A DNA stretch of 64,000 bases from Candidatus Limnocylindria bacterium (lineage in GTDB: Bacteria > Chloroflexota > Limnocylindria > P2-11E). Both the position numbers and the translations under genes were made by a program. The notes beneath the pieces are model-generated. The model did not search any database. It was given only the letters and a program-made list of their open reading frames with translations, and was not told the DNA's origin. The DNA lies in the NCBI GenBank assembly GCA_036003765.1, contig DASYSC010000086.1, positions 1,158-65,157 on the forward strand. Reading direction: 5' to 3'. Of this stretch, positions 47,331-56,461 are shown piece by piece; positions within the stretch are counted from its first letter, which is position 1, and each line of letters begins with the position of its first letter.

Positions 47331-48064
47331 GCGACAACACCCTCGCGTGCGACACGCATCGCATCCGGCAACGTGAAGCGACCCAGGTACAGGGCGCGCC
47401 CAACGATGACGCCCCGCAGTCCCCGGTGGCGAAGCTTCGCGAGCGCGGCGATGTCCTCGAGCGCGCCCACCCCGCCCGAATAGATGATGTCTCCTCCGAA
47501 CGCCCGCGCGACGGCCTCGGTCGAGGCGAGGTCGAGACCCTGCAGCGTGCCGTCGATCGACACGTTGGTGTAGATCACGGTCGGGACACCGGTCACGGCG
47601 AGCCGCTGCATCAGATCGACGGCGCGGACCTTCGAAGTCTCGGTCCAGCCGTCGGTGGTCACCAGCCCATTGCGCGCGTCGACCGAGACGGCGAGGCCGT
47701 CGGCGTGCCGGTCCACGAGCCTGCCGATCAGCTCCGGGTCGTCGATGGCGGCGGTGCCCACGATGATGCGTGACGCGCCGGCTTCGGTGAAGGCTTCGGC
47801 CGTGTCGAAGTCGCGGATACCACCTCCGGCCTGGATCTTGACGTTGAAGCGATTCGCGATCTGGCGGATCGTGTCCAGGTTCGCGGGCGTCCCGGTGCGC
47901 GAACCGTCGAGGTCGATGATGTGAAGCCATTCGGCGCCCTCCGCGACAAGCTTGCGGGCAGCCTCGAGCGGGGAGGCCGCGACCTGTTCCACCGTGGCGA
48001 AGTCGCCACGCGTCATGCGGACGGCGCGGCCCTGATAGATGTCGATCGCGGGATAGACGATCAT
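47327..48064 (-). CDS. hisA: ProFAR isomerase (HisA family)
   Basis: IVYPAIDIYQGRAVR, HIIDLDG, QAGGGIR, GTAAI, IYSGGVG, GVIVGRALY. Confidence 0.9.
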   Translation of the reverse strand: MIVYPAIDIYQGRAVRMTRGDFATVEQVAASPLEAARKLVAEGAEWLHIIDLDGSRTGTPANLDTIRQIANRFNVKIQAGGGIRDFDTAEAFTEAGASRIIVGTAAIDDPELIGRLVDRHADGLAVSVDARNGLVTTDGWTETSKVRAVDLMQRLAVTGVPTVIYTNVSIDGTLQGLDLASTEAVARAFGGDIIYSGGVGALEDIAALAKLRHRGLRGVIVGRALYLGRFTLPDAMRVAREGVVA

Positions 48065-48094
48065 CCGCGTCCTCCGGGCGAGTGGTGGGTAATC

Positions 48095-48532
48095 TTAGTC
48101 GGCGCTCTGCGCTCGAACGCGGGCGTGACGCAGCTCGACGTAGCCTCCAAGCAGACCGGTGATCGGCGCGATCACAAAGCCCAGCAGCACCAGTGCGGGC
48201 GGCGTGCTCTCGAGCGTCTTCTCGAGGGTCAGCAGGCCCGCGGCGATACCTCCGATCGACGAGAGCAGGCCATGCAGGAGCGGGGCGCGTCCCGCCATGC
48301 GCGCGGCCACGTACCCGGCCAGGACAGAGACAGCGATTCCGACGACAAGCAGCGTGACGAACACGTCGGGGGACGCCATCAGTTTGCGTTGATCGGTGAA
48401 CGCCTCGGGATCCACTCTGCGCGTGAGCATCGCCCAGAGGAAGAACACGAGCGCGACCACGTTCGTTCCGACGATGTCGACGATCCACGACACGACCACG
48501 GCGACAACGCTGATCTGACGGATTGCGGTCAC
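48095..48532 (-). CDS. Integral membrane protein (4 helices)
   Basis: GTG at 48532 overlaps the exonuclease stop (GTGA). Hydrophobic helices ISVVAVVVSWIVDIV, VVALVFFLWAML, FVTLLVVGIAVSVLAGYV, LVLLGFVIAPITGLLGGY. Confidence 0.6.
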   Translation of the reverse strand: MTAIRQISVVAVVVSWIVDIVGTNVVALVFFLWAMLTRRVDPEAFTDQRKLMASPDVFVTLLVVGIAVSVLAGYVAARMAGRAPLLHGLLSSIGGIAAGLLTLEKTLESTPPALVLLGFVIAPITGLLGGYVELRHARVRAQSAD

Positions 48533-49398
48533 CCCTGGGTCGCCGCGAGCGCCTCGGCGAGGCGCTTGGTCGCCGCGCTCAGCGCGTAGCGCTCCGCCAG
48601 CGCTTCGACCCGCTCGGGATGCGCGGGCGCGCGCGGTATCGTGCCATCCCCTCCGGTCACCGGAGCATCGCGTGCCATCCACACCACCTTCCGCGCAGCG
48701 GCGACGTACTCCGCGTCGACACGAAGCTTCGCGCGGATCGTGGCTGAAATGTCGGTCGCGGTCAGGATCTTGTCGAGCGTGCCGTGCTTCGCGACGAGCG
48801 CGCTCGCCGTCTTCTCGCCGATCCCGTGCACGCCTGGGAGTCCATCCGATGGATCGCCGCGCAGGACGGCGTAGTCGTAATAGCGGTCGCCGGGAATGCC
48901 GTATTTCGCGCGGATCCACGCCTCGTCCACGTTCGCGAGCTCGCTCACGCCGCGGAGCGTATACAGCACGCGCACCTTCGGGTCCTTCACCAGCGCGAAG
49001 AGGTCGCGGTCGCCGGTCACGATCTCCGCGGGGCCGGACATACTTTCCACGAGCGAAGCGATGACGTCCTCGGCCTCGTAGCCCTCTGCGGCTGCGGTCG
49101 AGATGCCGAACGCGTCGAGCAGCTCCACGATGATCTTCATCTGCGGATCGACTGGATCCGGCGGATCATCGGGACCGGCGACGCGGTGCGACTTGTACGA
49201 GGGCATGGCATCGACGCGGAACTGGGGCCTCCAGTCCGCGTCCAGCGCGACAAAGAGCCGCGACGGCTTTCGATCTGGCAAGAGACGCGAGATGAAGTTG
49301 AGGAAGCCGAGCGCCGCGTTCACGAGCGTGCCGTCGGACGCGCGCCACTCCGGCACTGCGTGATAGGCGCGGTAGGCAAGGCTCGCCGCGTCGACCAA
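48529..49398 (-). CDS. 5'-3' exonuclease (FEN/Pol I N-terminal domain family)
   Basis: LVDAASLAYRAYHA, LFVALDADWRPQFR, YEAEDVIASL, TGDRDLFALV, LRGDPSDGLPGVHGIGEKTA. TTG start proposed at 49398 (no ATG/GTG downstream of the hisC stop). Confidence 0.8.
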   Translation of the reverse strand: MVDAASLAYRAYHAVPEWRASDGTLVNAALGFLNFISRLLPDRKPSRLFVALDADWRPQFRVDAMPSYKSHRVAGPDDPPDPVDPQMKIIVELLDAFGISTAAAEGYEAEDVIASLVESMSGPAEIVTGDRDLFALVKDPKVRVLYTLRGVSELANVDEAWIRAKYGIPGDRYYDYAVLRGDPSDGLPGVHGIGEKTASALVAKHGTLDKILTATDISATIRAKLRVDAEYVAAARKVVWMARDAPVTGGDGTIPRAPAHPERVEALAERYALSAATKRLAEALAATQG

Positions 49399-49412
49399 AA
49401 GCGCGGCCCGTG

Positions 49413-50507
49413 CTATCGGCGCACCGCCGGAGCCGCGAACACGAGATCGAGCGCGGCGATGAAGCGGCCGTTCTCTTCGGGCGTGCCGATCGACGCGCGC
49501 AGGCAGCCCTCGCAGCCCGGCCACATCGAGATGTCGCGGATGAGCACGCTCTGCTCGACGAAGCGCGCATGCACCTCAGCGGGCGTCCCCTCGCGCAGAC
49601 GGAAGAGGATGAAGTTCGTGACCGACGGGAAGACTTCGATGGTCGAGACGCGGCGCAGTGCGTCATACACGCGCTCGCGCTCGCTGGCCGCGAGCGCCAA
49701 GCGATGCTGGATCGACGCCTCGTCGCGCGCGACGCGCGTCGCGACCGCGAGCGTCAGCGTGCTCACGTTGTACGGAAGCGCGGCCGCAGTGAAGTAGCCC
49801 ATGAGCTCGGGGTGCACGATGAGGGCGCCGACGCGGAGGCCTGCTGCGGCGAGCACTTTCGAGAAAGTCTTCGAGATGACCATGTTTGGGTACGCACCCA
49901 TCCGCGGGACGAGGGTCTTTCCGGCGAAATCCGAATACGCCTCGTCCACGAGCACGAGCGTCTCGGGATAACGCTCGGCGACCGTCAGGATGAGGTCGCC
50001 GTCGATCGTGTTCCCGGTCGGATTATTGGGTGAGGTGAACACGACGATCTCCGGCCTAGCCTTCGCCATCGCCGCCAGCGCGCGTTCTTGCGTGAGCTCG
50101 TACGGCAGACCGATCATCTCCTCCACGACCGTGCCACCAGCGAGCACCGTGAGGCGCCCGTGCATCGAGTACGTGGGATTGAAGAGCAACGTTCTGCGGG
50201 CGTGCCCACCGAACACGAGGAAGACCTGCAGCAGGAGCTCGTTGCTGCCGTTGCCGAAGATCAGCTGATCGGGCTGCGTGCCCCAGCGCGCGGACAGCAC
50301 TTCGCGAAGCTCGTCGCCGCGACCCGGATAGCGATTCAGCAGGACGCCATCGAGCTCCGCCGACGTGACGTAACGACCGGCCGGGTTCGGTTCGGGCCAC
50401 TCGTTCGCCTGGATGCGGACGTCCGCCTTGATCTGCTGCGTTCGATAGGGCTGGAACGCCGCGATCTCCGACCGCGGCCGCGGCAGCTTGCGCTCGGTCA
50501 CATCCAT
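49413..50507 (-). CDS. hisC: Histidinol-phosphate aminotransferase
   Basis: NEWPEPNP, NPNNPTGN, DEAYSDF, PLP-Lys ISKTFSK, LRASIGTPEEN. Confidence 0.9.
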   Translation of the reverse strand: MDVTERKLPRPRSEIAAFQPYRTQQIKADVRIQANEWPEPNPAGRYVTSAELDGVLLNRYPGRGDELREVLSARWGTQPDQLIFGNGSNELLLQVFLVFGGHARRTLLFNPTYSMHGRLTVLAGGTVVEEMIGLPYELTQERALAAMAKARPEIVVFTSPNNPTGNTIDGDLILTVAERYPETLVLVDEAYSDFAGKTLVPRMGAYPNMVISKTFSKVLAAAGLRVGALIVHPELMGYFTAAALPYNVSTLTLAVATRVARDEASIQHRLALAASERERVYDALRRVSTIEVFPSVTNFILFRLREGTPAEVHARFVEQSVLIRDISMWPGCEGCLRASIGTPEENGRFIAALDLVFAAPAVRR

Positions 50508-50573
50508 AGCCTGACACGCGCGGGCCGCTCGCGCTTTCGCGCGAACGGCCCGGCGCTGCTTGGGGGAGGTGGG

Positions 50574-52478
50574 CTAGTGGTGTTGGGTCGGCTCTTTCGG
50601 CGCGGCAGAGTCGATCTTCAGGTCGGTGCACGGGATTGCCGCGGACAACTTGTTCACAAGTGACCCGAACGCCTCAACCTGGTCCATGGGGACCTTCTTC
50701 TCGGTCTGGGCCGAGACCATGTTCGACAGCGCTTTCAACGAGCTGCAAGCGCCGTCCTTGTCGCCTGACGCGAACTGGGAACGCGCCTGGTCTACCTTGC
50801 CCGCCATTGCATCGACGTTCCACGAGTGCACAAGGGTGACGAGCTCATCGAACAGCTTGTCCGCATCCGGGGCGACGCTGTTCACCGTCACCGTGGCCGT
50901 GTATTCGCTGGACCCGCCGTCCTTGTCGGCGATCTTGCCGCGAACAGTACGGACGCCGCTCGGGCCGCTCGCGCAGCTCAACGTGTTCGAGCTTCCGAAG
51001 GCACCATACCCCGAGCCGTCGCCGCAGTCGAAGGCGTACTGGAACCCGGCCAAGGTGTCGGCCGGGCTCGGGTCCGACGGACTGGTCAGCGAGAGCACGA
51101 TCGGGCTGCCCTCGTTCACGCTCGCCGGTGCGTTGAAGGTCGCGGTCGGCGCGACGTTGTTGACCGTGACGGTTGTCGTGTACTCGGTCGATCCGCCGTC
51201 CTTGTCCTGGAGTTTGCCGCGAACGGCACGGGTCCCGTTGTCGGTGGTCGCGCAGCTCGATGTGTTCGAGCTTCCGAAGGCACCGTACCCAGCGCCGTCG
51301 CCGCAGTCGAAGGCGTACTGGAACCCGGCCAAGGTGTCAGCCGAGCTCGGGTCGGACGGGCTGGTCAGCGACAGCGCGATCGGGCTGCCCTCGTTCACGC
51401 TCGGTGCGTTGAAGGTCGCGGTCGGCGCTACGTTGTTCACCGCGACGGTGGTCGTGTAGTCGGTGAAGCCACCGTCCTTGTCCAGGATCCGAGCGCTCGC
51501 CGTCCGGCTGCTCGGGCCGTCGTCATAGGTGCAGCTGGTCGAGGCGCTGGTGCCACTCGCGGCGTAGGTCGCCGCGGCGAGCGAGCCGCCGCTGCAGTCG
51601 AAGGCATAGTGGAACCCGGCCAAGGTGTCGGCCGAGCTTGGGTCGCTCGCGCCGCTCAAGCCGATCGTCACGGAGCTGGCCTCGTTCACCGGGCCGCCGT
51701 TCGAGATCGTCGCGGTCGGGGCGACGTTGTTCACGGTGACCGTGACGGGGTACGTGTTCGACCCGTCGTCCTTGTCGAAGATGCGGCCCTTCACCGTGAA
51801 GCTGCCGTTGTCGTTGAAGGGACAGCTCGTGCTGCTCGCGGCACCCGCCGCGAGGTAGTTGGCAGCGAGGGAGCCGTCCTGACCGTCACAAGCGAAGCTG
51901 TAGTGGAATCCCGCCTTGGTGTCGGTGGGGCTCGGGTCGAACGCGCCGCTGAAGCTGACGGTCACCGGGCTACCCTCGTTCACCGGGCCGCCGCTGGCGA
52001 GCGTCGCCGTCGGGGCGACGTTGTTCACCGTCACCGCCACGTGGAAAGTGTCTGATGTGTGGAACGTCGGGACGTCGTCGTCCGTCACCGTGACCGTGAG
52101 GTCGGCGATCCTGTTGTCGAGGTAAGACCTCGTCGTGGAGAAGGTGAACACCCCGTCCGCGTCGGCGCCGCCGGCCGGGATCGAGGTGAACGACTCTGTA
52201 AGGCCGCTGCCCAGCCTGATGAGGATGTTGTGCGCGCCGGTGGTGTCGACCTGACCCGTAGCGTCCAGGTCGGTGAAAGTGACGATGATGGTGAACACCT
52301 GCCCCTCATCAACGGTCGCGGTCGGAGGAGGGCAGCCTGGCGTAGTTACGAGCTTGACGCACGTGATTACCGGTACGTCGCTGAACGCGTGGGCCACATG
52401 TACGTCCCACGGCAAGCCCAGCCCGATCATGGCGACCGCAAGGGTCCCTACCAGGGCGGTGCGACTTAGCGCCTTCAT
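50574..52478 (-). CDS. Secreted protein: N-terminal Ig-like domain, four tandem PKD-like modules, C-terminal helical domain
   Basis: Signal peptide ...VHVAHA, four NNVAPTAT...DPSxxDTxAGFxYxFxC...DKDGG...T(V/A)TV modules and a 102-aa helical tail. Strong SD (GGGAGG) upstream. Confidence 0.8.
   Translation of the reverse strand: MKALSRTALVGTLAVAMIGLGLPWDVHVAHAFSDVPVITCVKLVTTPGCPPPTATVDEGQVFTIIVTFTDLDATGQVDTTGAHNILIRLGSGLTESFTSIPAGGADADGVFTFSTTRSYLDNRIADLTVTVTDDDVPTFHTSDTFHVAVTVNNVAPTATLASGGPVNEGSPVTVSFSGAFDPSPTDTKAGFHYSFACDGQDGSLAANYLAAGAASSTSCPFNDNGSFTVKGRIFDKDDGSNTYPVTVTVNNVAPTATISNGGPVNEASSVTIGLSGASDPSSADTLAGFHYAFDCSGGSLAAATYAASGTSASTSCTYDDGPSSRTASARILDKDGGFTDYTTTVAVNNVAPTATFNAPSVNEGSPIALSLTSPSDPSSADTLAGFQYAFDCGDGAGYGAFGSSNTSSCATTDNGTRAVRGKLQDKDGGSTEYTTTVTVNNVAPTATFNAPASVNEGSPIVLSLTSPSDPSPADTLAGFQYAFDCGDGSGYGAFGSSNTLSCASGPSGVRTVRGKIADKDGGSSEYTATVTVNSVAPDADKLFDELVTLVHSWNVDAMAGKVDQARSQFASGDKDGACSSLKALSNMVSAQTEKKVPMDQVEAFGSLVNKLSAAIPCTDLKIDSAAPKEPTQHH
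50883..52025 (-). repeat. Four tandem in-frame PKD-like module repeats (279, 276, 294, 294 nt)
   Basis: Module boundaries derived from the repeated NNVAPTAT starts. The two 3'-proximal modules (50883-51161, 51162-51437) are near-identical at protein level and visibly similar at DNA level. Confidence 0.75.
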
Positions 52479-52694
52479 CTTTCCCTACCTCCCGTGAGCG
52501 CGTGCCGCCCACGCCGGAAACGTTACGGAGCGGGCGTTCCCGCAACGAGAGACGAGAAGGGCCTACCCGAACGGGGGCGGGTCCTACCCCACTCGTACTC
52601 CCCCAAGTGGGTGGACTTCGCGCTGGTCACCCATTCTTGGGATGCGTCACCTCGCATCGGGCCCGAGCCTGTCGCACGAGGACCTGAGAGAAGG

Positions 52695-53624
52695 ATGAAC
52701 GGACCGACGCAACACCGGCCAGGCACAGACTGCGCGCTTTGTGCCGCGCATTCGAAAGCCGCGCAGCGCCACACCACCCACCCCCGGACCCGAATCCAGC
52801 TCTATCTACCTTGGATCGTCCTATTTGCGCTCAGTCTGGCGCTCGTGCCCTTATCGGCGGCTGCGGAGCGCTGGGTCGCCGTCGGGCTTGTATTCGGCAT
52901 TGGCGCAGGTGCGGCCCTCTCTTGGTTCTCGCACCAGACCAACCGCCACATCGCCGCGACGACGCTCGCCGCGACGACCGAAGAACTCAAGAAGGAAGCC
53001 GATCTGCGCGTGACGATGGTGATCCGTCAGTTCGAGTGGGCGGTGAACGACGTCGCGAACCTTCGCGACGCGCTCAAGCGCGCCCAGGATGCCCGCGCCG
53101 GCTCCGAAGCGAACGAGGCCCGGATACGGCGCCGGCTGCACCGCCTGGAGCGTCAGCTGTATGAGACCCGGCTCAAGATCGGCGAACACTCCTCGGCTCT
53201 CGGCAGTGGCAGCGCCGCGGGCAATGAGGAGCCCGCCATTCTGCCGACCACTGATGAGCTCGTCGTGCCGCTGACGTGGCGCGTCTTCGAAGAGAACATG
53301 CTCACGTGGCTGCGCTTCGAGAGCGCGGGGATCGTCCCGTCGCAAGTCCGGATCATGAACGAGCACGGCAGCGTGATCACGATCAGCGCGCGCGCCCTCG
53401 AGACCATCGAGGATGGCGCCCAGGTCACCCTCGTGCTCCGTGCGCCTGACGATGTCGTGGCGACGCTCGAAGGCCGGCAGCTCGGTCGCTTCAACTTCGA
53501 AGCCCTGATCGACGACACGTGGTGCAAGGTCGAGCTCAAGGCCGCGCATGGCGGCACGAAGGACAAACGCGGACGCGTCTGGAAGCCCGAGGACGACCGC
53601 CGGCCGCAGTCACTCATCGCCTAG
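52695..53624 (+). CDS. Hypothetical membrane-anchored coiled-coil protein
   Basis: ATG 52695 preceded by GAGAAGGA. Two TM helices, a coiled-coil stretch (EELKKEADLRV...RRLHRLERQLYETRLKI) and a C-terminal beta-rich domain. Confidence 0.55.
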   Translation: MNGPTQHRPGTDCALCAAHSKAAQRHTTHPRTRIQLYLPWIVLFALSLALVPLSAAAERWVAVGLVFGIGAGAALSWFSHQTNRHIAATTLAATTEELKKEADLRVTMVIRQFEWAVNDVANLRDALKRAQDARAGSEANEARIRRRLHRLERQLYETRLKIGEHSSALGSGSAAGNEEPAILPTTDELVVPLTWRVFEENMLTWLRFESAGIVPSQVRIMNEHGSVITISARALETIEDGAQVTLVLRAPDDVVATLEGRQLGRFNFEALIDDTWCKVELKAAHGGTKDKRGRVWKPEDDRRPQSLIA

Positions 53625-53793
53625 GTCGGGCTCTTCCTCGGACTGTTCATCCTTTTCGGGCCGTTTCTATTCCGGCTGCTCCACCGGTGAGGTCGCTCCG
53701 GGTCAGACGCCGGGTCCGCAGATCTGTCGGAGCGCAAGCCTTGTCGAGGTCCAACGCGACGACCTCTTCCCCGCCCCATTGCTCTGGATAGCA

Positions 53794-54006
53794 ATGTGGT
53801 CGCTCGCACCCGCGCTCGCCGTGGTCGGTGTTTGGAGGCACGGTCGCGCTCGCTCGCCAGGAATCGCGCTCGTCCTCGTTGCGCTCGTCATGGTGCTGAC
53901 CGGGATCATCAGCATCGGCGGCGGATTCTTCTTCGCGCTCACCGAAAGGCCGCTGCTGCTTCTCACCCTCGTCGCCGCGCGCCGCGCCACTTCGCGGATG
54001 GGATAA
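53794..54006 (+). CDS. Candidate small membrane protein (70 aa, 2 TM)
   Basis: MWSLAPALAVVGVW...IALVLVALVMVLTGIISIGGGFFFAL. Internal ATG of a longer listed ORF. Confidence 0.35.
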   Translation: MWSLAPALAVVGVWRHGRARSPGIALVLVALVMVLTGIISIGGGFFFALTERPLLLLTLVAARRATSRMG

Positions 54007-54023
54007 TTCGAGTGCTTCATCCT

Positions 54024-54095
54024 TGGGGAGTGGCCAAGCGGTAAGGCAGCTGACTCTGGATCAGCCAATCGATGGTTCGAATCCATCCTCCCCAG
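54024..54095 (+). tRNA. tRNA-Gln (anticodon CUG)
   Basis: TGGGGAG-TG-GCC-AAGCGGTAA-GGC-A-GCTGA-CTCTGGA-TCAGC-CAATC-GATGG-TTCGAAT-CCATC-CTCCCCA-G. It has the U1-A72 pair typical of bacterial tRNA-Gln. CCA is not encoded. Confidence 0.9.
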
Positions 54096-54352
54096 CACGG
54101 TCGAGGACGTCGGCGCAGCAACTCGACACCGTCCGCTGCGCTTCACCGCTTGCTTTCACGGACCCCGCTGTGCGCGCCTCGCTGGTGGAGCTCATTGAGG
54201 CGTTGCGTGCGTGGACGCTGCGCATCGACGTCGATCGTGAGGCGGCATGACATCTGCCAAATGGAGCCATCGATCACCAACGGCGTGGAGAGTGGACCGT
54301 CGAGCTCTAATCGAAAGCGCCGCCAACTGCGAGAACCGACCTCGAGCGAGGA

Positions 54353-54945
54353 CTACGCCTTTACCTGCGATCCGCCTCTTTGAGGGTTGGGGCGGTACTC
54401 ATACGTGACCGCCAGTGTTCCCGCCGGCTTCCTGAGCCTGCGCAGCACGTAGACGACCGACGGAAGCCCGTGCCCCAAGAAGAGATCCGTGTTCCCGTGA
54501 GCCCCGGCCCAACTCTGCGAAATAGGGAAGTAGTCCTGGGGTGCAAGCTGAGCGGCATCCAAACGAGCGCTGTAGTCGGCTCAGGGTCATGGGGCCGCCG
54601 CTTTGCGACCGGATCGCATAGTACGCGCGCGGTCACTCGATTCCGGGATAGGGAACACAACAAGATCGCGGGGCACCGGGCTGAAAATGGTCGCAGGCTT
54701 CGGTCGGTCGAGGCGAAGCACAACCCCCAATCTGCGGGCAAGCGGCCCCAGCTTTGTCAGCTCGCTGGTCGGATGGAACAGGAAGTAGCGACGCGGTGTA
54801 AACCGATCGCGCTGACGGTCTCTCGTAAAGAATGTCCGGTTCGAGGCCTTTACCGGACAGCCCTCGCGCAACAGACTTCTCTAGCAGCGTCGTCTGCGTA
54901 AAGGATTCACTGGTCGCGAAGGGTGGGTTGGAACAATGCCAGGTC
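54353..54945 (-). pseudogene. 5'-truncated, multiply frameshifted remnant of an N6-adenine DNA methyltransferase-like gene
   Basis: Minus-strand fragments lie in three frames: TWHCSNPPFATSESF (NPPF catalytic motif at 54918-54929), RRYFLFHPTSELTKLG...GVVLRL, and DYFPISQSWAGAHGNTDLF...GTLAVTYEY. The region is visibly lower in GC. Confidence 0.4.
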
Positions 54946-54964
54946 TGCTCGTGCTTGGTGCGTC

Positions 54965-55918
54965 GTGAACGCGGCTGCATCCGTCCGTCGCCTCCTGGGC
55001 CTCACATTCGCCGGCGCGTTAGTGGCGTGCTCGACGGCCTGTCTGGGTCCCGCTACATCTGAAAGCAGCGCCACTTCTCCGACCATATCCGCGCCGTCTG
55101 AGCCGACGCCCACCTCGGCGGAGGCGACGCCGCCGTCTGCACCGTCGGCAAACCCGACATCAACCGCGACCCCGCCGCCGAACTGGGACGATCGGCCGGT
55201 GGCGGCGAACGACGCAGCTTCCCTGGCGACTCAGCTCGTCATGCTCGAGGCGGCGATCCGCGATCCGAACGTGACCGGCGCGCAGCTCACGTGGATGGGA
55301 CACCTCCAACAGCTCGCGTACAGCCGACTTCAGGACTACCCCGAATGGAAGGACAGCGTGCTAGCGGCGCTCCCCGAACAAACGCGCGCAGCTGTGAACG
55401 GCAGCCTCGACGCCGGCAAGCAGCTGCGAATGCTCAGCGGCCCGATCCCGAGGACGCTTCCCGATTGGAAGATCATCGCCCCTGCTTCGATCGAGGACCT
55501 GGTCGGCTATTACAAAGCGGCGGAGACCGAGTTCGGCGTGTCGTGGTACTACCTCGCGGCGATCCATCTCGTCGAGACGCGCATGGGCCGTATCCACGGC
55601 CTATCGAGCGCCGGCGCCCAAGGCCCGATGCAGTTCATGCCGGCCACGTGGGCGATGTACGGAAAGGGCGACATCAACAACGATCAGGACGCGATCCTTG
55701 GCGCGGCGCGCTACCTCAAAGCCGCGGGGGCGCCGGCGAACATGCAGAAAGCGCTCTTCGCCTACAACCACTCGCAGGCCTACGTGAACGCGCTGATGCT
55801 GTACGCAGAGGTCATGAAGAAGGACCCTGGGGCGTATCGCGGGTATCACGGCTGGCAGGTGTATTACCCGACCAAAGACGGACCTGTTCTTCTGCCGGTC
55901 GGCTGGGTCAAGGACTGA
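54965..55918 (+). CDS. Lytic transglycosylase (SLT domain) lipoprotein
   Basis: GTG 54965 gives MNAAASVRRLLGLTFAGALVAC (lipobox). SLT core AAIHLVETRMG...GAQGPMQFMPATW...AYNHSQAYV. Confidence 0.8.
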   Translation: MNAAASVRRLLGLTFAGALVACSTACLGPATSESSATSPTISAPSEPTPTSAEATPPSAPSANPTSTATPPPNWDDRPVAANDAASLATQLVMLEAAIRDPNVTGAQLTWMGHLQQLAYSRLQDYPEWKDSVLAALPEQTRAAVNGSLDAGKQLRMLSGPIPRTLPDWKIIAPASIEDLVGYYKAAETEFGVSWYYLAAIHLVETRMGRIHGLSSAGAQGPMQFMPATWAMYGKGDINNDQDAILGAARYLKAAGAPANMQKALFAYNHSQAYVNALMLYAEVMKKDPGAYRGYHGWQVYYPTKDGPVLLPVGWVKD

Positions 55919-55939
55919 CTCCGGCTAGAGGAGGAGCAT

Positions 55940-56389
55940 GTGTCCGTGGATCGGACTTACGTGGCAGAGAACGACGCCGAGCGTGAGCGCCTGCGTTCGC
56001 TCGTCACGAGGCTGAGCGATGAAGAGTTGAGTCGGCCCATGCCCGCCGGTTGGACGGTGGCCGCGGTGCTCGCCCACATCGGCTTTTGGGATGCGCGGGC
56101 TATCTTCTTCCTCGACAAGTGGGGACGCAGCGGTGAGCCTTCAATCTACGAGCCCGAAGACACCGACGCGGCAAACGATTCGGCCAAACCGCTCTGTCTG
56201 GCCCTTCCGCCGCGCGGTGCGGCGCAGCTCGCGCTCCGGCTCGCCGAGGAGGCCGACGGAAAGGTCAAGGCGCTGAGCGATGCGATGCTGGAGAAGATCC
56301 GGAAGAAAGGAAACCCGCCTTTCAACCTGTCGCGCGCGATCCACCGCAAGGAGCACCTGGACGACATCGAACGCGCGTTGACCGCCTGA
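55940..56389 (+). CDS. DinB-family (DUF664-like) four-helix protein
   Basis: ERERLRSLVTRLSDEEL...GWTVAAVLAHIGFWD...HRKEHLDDI. Confidence 0.6.
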   Translation: MSVDRTYVAENDAERERLRSLVTRLSDEELSRPMPAGWTVAAVLAHIGFWDARAIFFLDKWGRSGEPSIYEPEDTDAANDSAKPLCLALPPRGAAQLALRLAEEADGKVKALSDAMLEKIRKKGNPPFNLSRAIHRKEHLDDIERALTA

Positions 56390-56425
56390 CTTAGCCGCTT
56401 CCCCGGCTCAGTGAGGACATATGCC

Positions 56426-56455
56426 TTGACAGACATATTCTATTAGGGGTATATA
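56426..56455 (+). promoter_or_regulatory. Sigma-70-like promoter TTGACA-N18-TATATA, probably yielding a leaderless arsR transcript
   Basis: Consensus -35 at 56426-56431 and an AT-rich -10 at 56450-55. The GTG start at 56462 is 7 nt after the -10, and direct repeats GACATAT flank the -35. Confidence 0.5.
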
Positions 56456-56461
56456 TCGCGC

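Noticed and set aside
54023-54250. 75-aa ORF starting at the tRNA-Gln locus
   Set aside because: Its 5' third is simply the tRNA-Gln sequence translated, and the remainder has no support.
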